Below are positions 9,600 to 18,194 of a stretch of 64,000 nucleotides of DNA, piece by piece. Under the pieces are notes generated by a model that saw only the letters and a list, made by a program, of their open reading frames with translations, made no database searches and had not been told where the DNA came from. The stretch's first letter is position 1. Every line of letters begins with the position of its first letter. Source of the DNA: Thermoplasmata archaeon (GTDB lineage: Archaea > Thermoplasmatota > Thermoplasmata > Lutacidiplasmatales > UBA184); contig JAGWLG010000004.1 of the NCBI GenBank assembly GCA_028864975.1, forward strand, positions 1 to 64,000. Direction: 5' to 3'. The translations under genes and the position numbers were made by a program.

Positions 9600-9857
9600 C
9601 TAGCCTCCTGAATAGGGCGGCAGCAGGGCGACCTCGTCGGCGTCCTGCAGCACGAACCGGGCGCTGCGGCGGGGGACGTACGCCCCGTTGACGGCGATGC
9701 GCGCGTGGGGGAGCACGCGGGCGAGAGGCGGATGGAGCCTGACAAGCTCTTGGAGCAAGTCCTCCAGGGTCGTGGCCCCTTCTCGTGAGAGGCGCAATCG
9801 CAGCTCTCCCTCTCCCCCTGCCGCCTCCCTGGCGCCCGCGAACAAGAGGACCCTCAC
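9600..9857 (-). CDS. moaD: MoaD/ThiS/SAMP ubiquitin-like sulfur carrier
   Basis: VRVLLFAGAREAAG, AVNG, DEVALLPPYSGG ending in diglycine. Confidence 0.9.
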   Translation of the reverse strand: MRVLLFAGAREAAGGEGELRLRLSREGATTLEDLLQELVRLHPPLARVLPHARIAVNGAYVPRRSARFVLQDADEVALLPPYSGG

Positions 9858-9916
9858 GCCACCCGACGGGCGGGCGTGGCGGATGAGGCTTTCACGGGGC
9901 AAGGCGCCCGTTGGGC

Positions 9917-10294
9917 TCAATCCCACTCGATCATGCCTGAGCCGTTTCCTGCATCCAGCCGGATCCTCATCCCGGCCGCCCGGAAGAGCTCCATTCCCAG
10001 AGAGCCTTGGACGGAAAGCCGCCCTCGGTCCTCGGGGAGCACCAACACCTTCGGGACCGGAACCATCCTCGGTCGTGGGCCGAACAGGACGAAACCCAGG
10101 TCCTCGATCACTCGGCTCCCCGAAGGGCCGCCCATTCCAAAGGTCGGGTGAAGAGGCAAGGCGGAAAGGTCGGGGTATCCGAGCTCTCTCGCCAGCGTCT
10201 GGGTGATCGCCGGCCATCGGGCGCCGGAGTCCAGAACGAACTGACCTTCCAGATGGACAAGGTCCTCTACAAATCGGACCACTCGGGCATCCAC
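9917..10294 (-). CDS. Retropepsin-like aspartyl protease
   Basis: FVLDSGA catalytic motif, GMGG flap, GSLGMELF (GxLGxD-like). The start may lie about 50 nt further upstream. Confidence 0.75.
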   Translation of the reverse strand: MDARVVRFVEDLVHLEGQFVLDSGARWPAITQTLARELGYPDLSALPLHPTFGMGGPSGSRVIEDLGFVLFGPRPRMVPVPKVLVLPEDRGRLSVQGSLGMELFRAAGMRIRLDAGNGSGMIEWD

Positions 10295-10328
10295 GAGGAA
10301 CAGCCCCGAGTTGTCGTCGTAGTCGAGC

Positions 10329-10604
10329 TCAACGACGGGCAGGTAACAGCTGGATGTCGAGGTCTCGTTCGGGAACGGGGAAGACGTAGAGACCCCGCTC
10401 TCCGGCGAACTTCGACCTCAGCTCCCCTGGATCGTCCCCCGAGCCCAGGACCTGTCGACGTCCGACGGCAACGAATTTGCCACGAAAGGGTTCGAACGAC
10501 CCCCAGTGCGTCCGAGCCCATCGGGAGTTCCTGGAGAACTCCACATGCTCGGCCTCCCAAGCGCTGAGGAGCTCCGGCGGGATCCTGCGGGGTGGAGCGA
10601 CCAT
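10329..10604 (-). CDS. DUF5678-like small protein
   Basis: N..W....W...RGKFVAV....VLGSGDD pattern, directly upstream of the retropepsin gene. Confidence 0.7.
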   Translation of the reverse strand: MVAPPRRIPPELLSAWEAEHVEFSRNSRWARTHWGSFEPFRGKFVAVGRRQVLGSGDDPGELRSKFAGERGLYVFPVPERDLDIQLLPARR

Positions 10605-10957
10605 CGGACCGATTCAGCCGACCAGCTCGGATAAGGATGAGCGGGAACGCTCCCAAGGTTGAGTGGTGAGGGACGCAAGGTCGGTCTCGTGGCTCCTCCC
10701 CGCGTCGCGCGGAAGGTCGTAACCGACGAGCCGCCATCGCGGAAGGTGCGAGAGCGGCTCCCGCAACCAGCCAGTCCGCAGAGGGCCGCGAGTCGTCCTG
10801 TCCATCCTTGAGCGGTGGTGTCAGGAGTCGCCTTTTCAGCCGCCGAGCAGCCCTTCCCACCGCTCAAGGTCCCCCCCGGACACCCTACCCTCGATTGCAG
10901 AACCGGTTCAACCCTCCCTTTATTATCGGCCCGGTCTAGCAAGTTCGAGAGGCGGCG

Positions 10958-12721
10958 ATGAAGGACATCTCCCTCCGCGTCGGGGGCGCGGCGGGCGACG
11001 GGATCGCGTCGGTGGGCGAGTCGTTCTGCCGCATCTTCTCGCGCAACGGTTTCTACGTCTTTGGCCACAACGGTTACCAGTCGGTCATCCGGGGGGGGCA
11101 CGTCTGGTTCCAGGCCCGGGCCTCGCCCGAGCGGATCTGGTCTCAGGGGGACGGCTGCGACCTCCTCTACGCGCTCGACCGCCAGACCGTGGACGTCCAT
11201 GCCCCCGCGCTGCGGCAAGGCGGCATCATCGTCTTCGACCCCGAGAAGTTCCAGGTCCCGCCGGAGAAGGTGCCCGCAGGGGTCCGCGCCTTCCCGGTCC
11301 CCACGCTGGAGCTCGCACGAAAGTTCTCCCCCCAGTCGATCCTCCAGAACGCGGTCGGCATGGGGGCGTGTGCCTTCCTTGCCGGGGTCCCCTTCGCCAC
11401 GCTCGAGAACGTCCTGGGCGACCAGTTCCGCAAGAAGAAGGACGTGCTCGAACAGAACCTGGGAGCGGCGAAGCTGGGGTACGAGCATGCTCAGGCGCAC
11501 GGCGCGGCGTCGGACAAGGCCATGCCGATGAAAGGGGGGGCTCCCAAGTTGCTCCTCACGGGGAACCAGGCCATCGCGCTGGGCGCGGCCTCGGCGGGGC
11601 TCAAGTTCCTCGCGCAGTACCCCATGACCCCGGCGACCTCGGTGATGCACTGGCTCGCCGCCCATGCGACACAGTTCGACATCGTCGTGAAGCAGGCCGA
11701 GGACGAACTGGCCGCGATCAACATGGCGATCGGAGCCTCGTACGCGGGCGTCCGCGCCATGACCGCGACGAGCGGCGGTGGGTTCTCCCTGATGGTCGAG
11801 GGCCTGGGGCTCGCCGGGATGACCGAGACCCCGCTCGTCGTGGTGGAGGCCCAACGCAGCGGTCCCTCGACGGGGCTGCCCACCAAGACCGAGCAGGGGG
11901 ACCTCAACATGATGCTCGGGGCCTCCCAGGGCGACTTCCCACGGGTGATCCTCGCCCCCGGGGGGGCTGCCGAGGCGTTCCGGTCGACGGTCCGAGCGTT
12001 CGAGCTCGCGGAGGAGTTCCAGACCCCGGTCCTCCTGGCGAGCGACCTCTACCTCTCCGAGGACCTGCACGCCGTCGACCGGGAGGAGCTGCCCCTCGAC
12101 CACGTTCCCGCCTCGCTCTTCGCGGTCCCCGATCCTCCCTCCGGGTCCAACGGGTACAAGCGCTACCTGCTCACCCCCTCCGGGGTCTCCCCCCGGGCCA
12201 TCCCGGGGCAGAAGGGGCTCAACTTCATCGCCTCCTCGGACGAGCACGACGAGGCGGGGCACCTGATCTCGGACATCTACGCCGGGATCCCGATGTTCGT
12301 CGAGGTGCGGCGGAAGATGATGGAGAAGCGCATGCGGAAGCTGGGGGGCATCCTCCGGACGACGGAGCCCCCGAAGCTCGAGGGGCCCGCGAACGCGGAG
12401 GTCACCCTGGTCGGGTGGGGATCGACCGCGCTCCCGGTACGGGATGCGATGGCGATCCTCTCCTCGCGAGGGGTCGCGGTGAACTACCTCCACGTCCGCC
12501 AGCCCTTCCCGCTGCATGCCGAGGCGATCGCCCAGGTCCTCCGCTTGGCGAAGCGCACCCTGCTCGTCGAGCAGAACTACACCGGGCAGCTGGGGAGGTT
12601 GATCCGGGCGGAGACCGGGATCGACCTCCCGCACAAGCTCCTTCACTACGACGGCGAACCGCTCTACCCCTGGCAGGTCGTCGGAAAGGTCCTGGAGGTG
12701 ACCGGACGTGTCGCTAGCTAG
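10958..12721 (+). CDS. korA: 2-oxoacid:ferredoxin oxidoreductase alpha (gamma-alpha fused)
   Basis: GGAAGDGIAS, IRGGH, YPMTPATS, EDELAA, TSGGGFSL, QRSGPSTGLPTKTEQGDL. Confidence 0.95.
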   Translation: MKDISLRVGGAAGDGIASVGESFCRIFSRNGFYVFGHNGYQSVIRGGHVWFQARASPERIWSQGDGCDLLYALDRQTVDVHAPALRQGGIIVFDPEKFQVPPEKVPAGVRAFPVPTLELARKFSPQSILQNAVGMGACAFLAGVPFATLENVLGDQFRKKKDVLEQNLGAAKLGYEHAQAHGAASDKAMPMKGGAPKLLLTGNQAIALGAASAGLKFLAQYPMTPATSVMHWLAAHATQFDIVVKQAEDELAAINMAIGASYAGVRAMTATSGGGFSLMVEGLGLAGMTETPLVVVEAQRSGPSTGLPTKTEQGDLNMMLGASQGDFPRVILAPGGAAEAFRSTVRAFELAEEFQTPVLLASDLYLSEDLHAVDREELPLDHVPASLFAVPDPPSGSNGYKRYLLTPSGVSPRAIPGQKGLNFIASSDEHDEAGHLISDIYAGIPMFVEVRRKMMEKRMRKLGGILRTTEPPKLEGPANAEVTLVGWGSTALPVRDAMAILSSRGVAVNYLHVRQPFPLHAEAIAQVLRLAKRTLLVEQNYTGQLGRLIRAETGIDLPHKLLHYDGEPLYPWQVVGKVLEVTGRVAS

Positions 12722-13601
12722 TGCTCCCCCGAAGACCGCGGGCCCTGCGCTGAAGGTCGTGTACAAGTCGTCGACGAAGCCCACCTGGTGCCCCGGGTGC
12801 GGCGACTATGGGGTCGTCGCGAGCGTCGAGCGCGCGCTCTCCTCGCTCCAGGTCCCGCCGCACGAGGTGGTCGTGGTCGGGGGCATTGGCTGCTCGTCGA
12901 ACCTCCCGCACTTCCTCTCCTCCTACGGGTTCCACGGCCTGCACGGGCGGGCCATGCCCGTCGCGGAGGGGGTGAAGCTCGCGAACCACGGCCTCCACGT
13001 GATCGTGACCGGTGGGGACGGGGACGGATGGGGCATCGGGCTGGGGCACGCGCTCCATGCCATGCGACGCAACCTGGACCTGACCTACATCGTCATGGAC
13101 AACGAGATCTACGGCCTCACCACCGGACAGGCCTCGCCCACCTCGACCATGGGGCAGAAGACGAAGAGCACCCCCCAGGGGGTCATCGAGGAGCCGGTGA
13201 ACCCCATCTCCCTGTCCCTCGCGGCGGGGGCGACCTACGTGGCCCGCGGGTTCTCGGGGGACCCCAAGCAGCTCTCCGACCTCATCGCGGGGGGGATCAA
13301 GCACCGGGGGTTCGCGCTCATCGATGTCTTCTCCCCGTGCGTCACCTACAATCCCCTCAACACCTTCGACTTCTTCCGTCAACGCCTGTACAAGCTCGAC
13401 AGCGCGGGGCACGACCCCTCGGACCTGGTCAAGGCCCACGCCAAGGCGCTGGAGTGGGGCGATAGGATCCCCACGGGCCTCTTCTACCGGGTCGAGCGCC
13501 CGACCTACGAAGAGCTCGAACCCGCCCTGAAGCCGGGACCGCTCGTCCACCAGAAGGCAGGGCTCCAGGGGAAGGATAAGGTCCTCGACGAGTTCGTCTA
13601 G
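12708..13601 (+). CDS. korB: 2-oxoacid:ferredoxin oxidoreductase beta
   Basis: WCPGCGD, GIGCSS, HGR, GGDGD TPP motif, DNEIYGLTTGQASPT, SPCVTYN. Confidence 0.95.
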   Translation: MSLASAPPKTAGPALKVVYKSSTKPTWCPGCGDYGVVASVERALSSLQVPPHEVVVVGGIGCSSNLPHFLSSYGFHGLHGRAMPVAEGVKLANHGLHVIVTGGDGDGWGIGLGHALHAMRRNLDLTYIVMDNEIYGLTTGQASPTSTMGQKTKSTPQGVIEEPVNPISLSLAAGATYVARGFSGDPKQLSDLIAGGIKHRGFALIDVFSPCVTYNPLNTFDFFRQRLYKLDSAGHDPSDLVKAHAKALEWGDRIPTGLFYRVERPTYEELEPALKPGPLVHQKAGLQGKDKVLDEFV

Positions 13602-13637
13602 GACGAGATCGACCGCCCCGCCCTCCCCGTACCGAGA

Positions 13638-14096
13638 TCAGCCCGGGAGCCCCTCGGACCCCACGCGGGTCCCGTCGAGCTCTCCGCCGCTCGTTTCGGA
13701 GTCCCCTCGCGGAGCTTTCTCCCCGTCCTCGCCCGCCTTGTCGGTCCCTTCCGCGGGGCCCGTCGTGTCCTCCGTGGTGGTCTTCTCGTCCGGAGGTGAG
13801 GACTCCTTCCCCCGCTCCGGCCCGTCCTTCTCTGCGCGCTGGGCCCTCGCCCGCTCCTCGCGGACATGGTCGACGAGCAGGAGGACGACCCCTCCCGCGA
13901 GGAGGAAGAAGACGTACTCCGAGAGGACGTTCGCGTCCGCCGTTTGGCCCGCCGCGTCGACGACCGCGGTCACCACGAGCAGGAGGAGCGCCGCCCCGAC
14001 AAGATAACGGGAGTCGAGACGCGCCCACTCCGAGTAGACCATGTAGACCAGGAGGAGCGCGAGGAAGGGGTAGGTCGGGTCGAAGGTCAACGCCAT
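13638..14096 (-). CDS. Small membrane protein, 3 TM helices plus acidic disordered tail
   Basis: Hydrophobic N-terminal 80 aa, then a D/E/G/T-rich tail. Confidence 0.75.
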   Translation of the reverse strand: MALTFDPTYPFLALLLVYMVYSEWARLDSRYLVGAALLLLVVTAVVDAAGQTADANVLSEYVFFLLAGGVVLLLVDHVREERARAQRAEKDGPERGKESSPPDEKTTTEDTTGPAEGTDKAGEDGEKAPRGDSETSGGELDGTRVGSEGLPG

Positions 14097-14182
14097 CGGC
14101 GCACGAAGCGTCGTCTCGGACTTATCTTTTGGGCCTCAGGAGCCAAGGGCACGGGAAGGAGGTCCAGCCCTCCTTCTCAAGC

Positions 14183-15658
14183 TCACGTCTTGAGCCAGCC
14201 TGCCTTGATGAAGCAGTAGATGAGGAAGGCGACGGTGAGGGCCATCCCTCCGACCACCTGCCACATCTCGAGGGGATAGGGCTGGCCCAGGAGGTTCATT
14301 CCCAGCACCCCTCCCAGGACCGCAGGGATGAGCGACAGCCCCGTGATCACCGCGAGGACCTTCAGCATCTTGTTGGTCTCGAACGCCTCCTGATTGATGT
14401 AGAGGTCCACGTCCATCTGGATGCTGTCGGTGATGTCGTCCGAGAGCTCGCCCAGGAACTCGGTGTCTCCTTGGAGGACGCGGAAGTTCTGCAACGCCTC
14501 CTCATCGAACCCGTCCAAGGGGAGACGCCCCCCGTCGATGCGGATCAACATGTCCTTCATGTGCACGAGGCTCGAGTTGACCCTCGCCATCTCGCGACGC
14601 ATCGCGTACATCCGCTCCAGGAAGTCCCTGGGCAGCCGCTCCCGGGGGAGCTTCCCGATCTTGTTGAGGTCGGCCTCGATGTCCGACAGGATGTGCCGGT
14701 ACTGGTCGAGGGTCGAGCTGAAGATCGCATAGAGGACGCCCGAGAGGTACTGCCCGGGGGGGACCTCCGAGGGGAGCCAGGAACGGGTCCGCCGGGGGAC
14801 GTCGAGGTGGTGCGGGGAGATCGTCAGGATGGTCGGTCCCGCACAGATGATCACGAGCCCGGAGCGGTCGACGCTCAGGAACTCCTCTTCGCTCGTGGGA
14901 AAGCTGACCTCCCCGGAATGCAGGAAGAGGAAGGTCGCTCGCTCGGCCCGGTGGACGTGGGGCGAGACGTTGTCGATGTCCTTGCTCTTGAAGTGCGGCT
15001 CGGGGATCTTGAGGAGCTCGCTCAACCTGTGGATCCCGGCACGACCGATCCCCTCGATGTCGATCCACTCGGGGGACGGGTTGAGGACATGCGGCGCCAC
15101 CTCCTCCCAGGTGAGCCGGCTCCCCGGGGCCTTCGCTCCGGGGGTGAGGCTGTCGATCGTCTCCGGGACCGCCGCCTCGCGGGAGGCCACCGGGCGGCCT
15201 TGTTCGTGGGTCGCGCGGCCGACCACCCGGGCCCCGACCGCGAAGGCCCGGGGAAGCCGCAGGAGCCGCAGGAGCAGCGGCCATGACCCGTGGAGCGTGA
15301 GGCCGAGCAGCGGCAGGTACGAGATGACCGAGACGACCACCACCGCGAGGTCGAGCAGCCGCCAGGGGCTCCGAAAGTGGGCCCAACGGCCCTCCGAGAG
15401 GTAGAGCTTCGCCACGTACTCGATGACGAAGAAGGCCACGACGATGACGTCCCCGACACCGAGGAATCCGAGGACGCTTGCGGGGAGCGCGACGAAGAGG
15501 GGAAGGAGGATGACGGGGACCAGCAGGACCGCGAGAACGGCCATGAAGCCGTCGGAGAGGATCGAATCGACGAGATGGCGGCCCGCGCGTCGAGGGTCTT
15601 TCGAGACGACGAAGAACGAGCGGGGCAGGTCGGCAGGGGTGATCTCTCCGGCCCCCAT
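14183..15658 (-). CDS. Voltage-sensor-like (S1-S4) domain fused to a CorA-family transporter
   Basis: N-terminal FFVIEYVAKL, WRLLDL and LLRLLRLPRAF; C-terminal CorA funnel helices, KVLAVIT, LGMN signature and final TM. Confidence 0.85.
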   Translation of the reverse strand: MGAGEITPADLPRSFFVVSKDPRRAGRHLVDSILSDGFMAVLAVLLVPVILLPLFVALPASVLGFLGVGDVIVVAFFVIEYVAKLYLSEGRWAHFRSPWRLLDLAVVVVSVISYLPLLGLTLHGSWPLLLRLLRLPRAFAVGARVVGRATHEQGRPVASREAAVPETIDSLTPGAKAPGSRLTWEEVAPHVLNPSPEWIDIEGIGRAGIHRLSELLKIPEPHFKSKDIDNVSPHVHRAERATFLFLHSGEVSFPTSEEEFLSVDRSGLVIICAGPTILTISPHHLDVPRRTRSWLPSEVPPGQYLSGVLYAIFSSTLDQYRHILSDIEADLNKIGKLPRERLPRDFLERMYAMRREMARVNSSLVHMKDMLIRIDGGRLPLDGFDEEALQNFRVLQGDTEFLGELSDDITDSIQMDVDLYINQEAFETNKMLKVLAVITGLSLIPAVLGGVLGMNLLGQPYPLEMWQVVGGMALTVAFLIYCFIKAGWLKT

Positions 15659-15872
15659 CGACACCGAGCGCGGGCGGTTCGGGCTAAAAAACATCGCGGT
15701 GGCCGCCTTGCCCCACCGCTAGGTCGTCGATCAGACGCTGTCAGGTTACGGCCGTCCTCGACCTTCTCGAGGGAAGAGCCGCCCCTCCTCCTCGACGGGA
15801 GGGTGGGCGAATGCCGGTCGATAGCTACAGTTGAAATATGTGAATTACGCATAGTTCGAGAGAAGGGCATCG

Positions 15873-16298
15873 ATGGCCGAGAAGTTGAGCGAACCGGCAA
15901 CCCCGTCCTGGTGGCGTCGCGCGGTCCCGACCGCCTTGGCCGTCGGCATGGCCGTGACCGTCGGCTATGGTGTCCTGGAAGGCCCCCACGCCAGCGCGAA
16001 CGCGATCCCCGCTCCGTCCCAGTACACTACTCCTACGACCAGCCCGTTCTCCGACCCTCTTGTCATCGCCGGGGTCGCCCTCGGCATCCTGGTCGTGATC
16101 TTCGCGGTCCTCCTGGCCCTCCGCCTGCGCGGCGGCCGCATGGGTGGCGGGGGCGCGGGTGGCGAAGAGGAAGAGCCGAAGGACGGCTCCGACGAGGAAG
16201 AGGATGAGAACCTCGACCAAGAGGGGGACGGGACCGACTCCAGCGAGGGCCCCTCGGACACCTCGGAGGGGTCCGAACCCTCCGAGAGCTCGGCCTAA
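15873..16298 (+). CDS. Membrane protein with AIPAPSQYTTP motif and acidic tail (paralog 1)
   Basis: RR plus hydrophobic segment, shared motif, second TM, RLRGG, D/E-rich tail. Confidence 0.75.
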   Translation: MAEKLSEPATPSWWRRAVPTALAVGMAVTVGYGVLEGPHASANAIPAPSQYTTPTTSPFSDPLVIAGVALGILVVIFAVLLALRLRGGRMGGGGAGGEEEEPKDGSDEEEDENLDQEGDGTDSSEGPSDTSEGSEPSESSA

Positions 16299-16393
16299 GG
16301 CACGCCCGGCGTTCGCCCATAGGTTCTTGAACCCCAGGCCTTAGCCTGGGGCGCGGCATCGCCTAGCTCCTCTCCGAAAGGGGGGTTCTGGGC

Positions 16394-16933
16394 ATGGCCG
16401 AAGCACGAGCAATTTCCATGACGAGCAAGAATCGTGGCGCACAAGAGAACACCCGTCGCTGGGTCCCCCTGGGTTTGGCCACCGCCATGTCGGTCCTGAT
16501 CGCCCTGAGCGTCCTGGGGACCTCCTCGGCGCCCTCCACGGCCATCCCGGCGCCTTCCCAATACACCACGCCTCCACCTCCGTCCATCTTTGCGAACCCC
16601 GTGGTCATCGGCGGGATCGCCGCGTTCGCGATCCTCGTCATCCTCCTGCTCTTCCTGATCCTGCGCCGCCGTGGGATGTTCGGCGGCGGAGGCGGAGCCG
16701 CGACCTCTGAAGAAGAGGAAGGCGAGGGCGGTGCCGGGGCCGGCGAGGAAGATGAGGGCAGCGAAGAGAAGCCCGAGGAGGAGCAAGGCTGGGACGAGAG
16801 CCAGTCCTCCGAGAAGTCCAGCCCCAAGACCGGCGGCAACGGGAACGGCAACGGGAACGGCGACCTCGGCGACACGTTGAGCGAGCTCGACGAGCTCGCC
16901 AAGACGGCGGACCAGCAGCCCCCACGAGAATAG
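16394..16933 (+). CDS. Membrane protein with AIPAPSQYTTP motif and acidic tail (paralog 2)
   Basis: Same architecture as paralog 1: TRRW, TM, AIPAPSQYTTP, TM, RRRG, acidic tail. Confidence 0.75.
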   Translation: MAEARAISMTSKNRGAQENTRRWVPLGLATAMSVLIALSVLGTSSAPSTAIPAPSQYTTPPPPSIFANPVVIGGIAAFAILVILLLFLILRRRGMFGGGGGAATSEEEEGEGGAGAGEEDEGSEEKPEEEQGWDESQSSEKSSPKTGGNGNGNGNGDLGDTLSELDELAKTADQQPPRE

Positions 16934-17026
16934 GCCCGGGTGCCCCCTGTGCTAGGGCCTTCCCCCTCGGTCCAGGCCCTCGAGCAACCCTTTCAACCTC
17001 GCGAACCTCCTCAGCCCCGAGGGGCC

Positions 17027-17287
17027 ATGCAGAACCCACGGGAGGAGGCGCTCCTCGACGAGCTCCACCGGGCCGTTCGGACCGCCCCTCACCTGCCCAG
17101 GGAGATCGAGGTCGGGACCGAGCTATCGATCGCCTTGGGACGTCGTCGCACCGTGGTCGAGTGCGGAGGATGCACGACCCCGCTCTCGTTCGAAGGGGTA
17201 CCGGTTCGGACCGTCGTGGGACTCAGATCCCCTTTCCGACTGGTCACCGATGCCGTCTCGCCCGAGAGGAACCGAGGCGCGCCGTAG
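17027..17287 (+). CDS. Hypothetical protein
   Basis: Open frame filling the gap before dedA; contains a CGGC motif. Confidence 0.45.
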   Translation: MQNPREEALLDELHRAVRTAPHLPREIEVGTELSIALGRRRTVVECGGCTTPLSFEGVPVRTVVGLRSPFRLVTDAVSPERNRGAP

Positions 17288-17299
17288 GGGGAAGACAGG

Positions 17300-18010
17300 T
17301 TGTCCCTCACGGGTTTCGTCGCCGCCATCATCATCCGTGCGCTCGTCGCCTCGGGCCCGGCGGGGCTCGGGGCCCTCTTCGCGCTCATGGCCGTGGAGAG
17401 CTTCGGCATCCCTCCCCTCCCAAGCGAGGTCATCCTGCCGGTGGCCGGGATCATCCTGGCGGGGGGGTCCGCAGGCTCGACCATCGAGGGGGTCTCGATC
17501 CCGGGCGACCCGTGGTTCACCTGGCCCACCGTGATGGTGGCCGCCGTGGGGGGCGGGCTCACGGGGGCGATCATCGGCTATGAGCTCGGACGGGTCCTGG
17601 GCCTTCCGTTCGTCCACCGGATCGGACGACGGTTCGGGCTCGAGGAGAAGGACCTCCAACGGGCGCAGGCCTTCTTCGACCGAAGGGGCCCGATCACCGT
17701 GCTCGTCGCTCGCCTCGTCCCTCTGGTCCGGGCCTACATCTCCTACCCCGCGGGCGCGGCCAAGATGAACCGTCCCAAGTTCGCGGTCTACACCGCGATC
17801 GGCGCGACGCCGTTCACCTACGTCCTGGTCTATCTCGGCGTCGTGCTGGGCACGCACCTTCGAGCGCTCCAGCTCTTCTTCCAGGCGCTCGACATCTTGG
17901 TCGGCGTCGGCCTCGTGGCGTTCCTCGTCTATGCCGTTCTGCGGCTCCGCAAGCGCCGGCAGAGGACGGAACAGGAGACCAAAGGAACCTCGGCCTCCCC
18001 CGAGGGCTGA
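17300..18010 (+). CDS. DedA/SNARE-associated membrane protein
   Basis: ES..IPPLPSE, GA.IGY.LGR, ARLVPLVR.YIS.PAG, F.VYT.IGA. Confidence 0.92.
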   Translation: MSLTGFVAAIIIRALVASGPAGLGALFALMAVESFGIPPLPSEVILPVAGIILAGGSAGSTIEGVSIPGDPWFTWPTVMVAAVGGGLTGAIIGYELGRVLGLPFVHRIGRRFGLEEKDLQRAQAFFDRRGPITVLVARLVPLVRAYISYPAGAAKMNRPKFAVYTAIGATPFTYVLVYLGVVLGTHLRALQLFFQALDILVGVGLVAFLVYAVLRLRKRRQRTEQETKGTSASPEG

Positions 18011-18194
18011 GACCGACCTGGCGCCCAACTCGCTTCCGGTGCGGGCACCGGTGGCGGGCAATGGAGCTTTGGCGTCCGCCGCCCCTGGTCGGCAGGATGC
18101 TCCCGCGGCCCCTCCCTCTCCTCAGGGAGGGGCGATCGACCTCCCCACGGGGATTCAGGGAAGAGCCGGGTCCCTGTCCGCACAGGGAAGGGCC

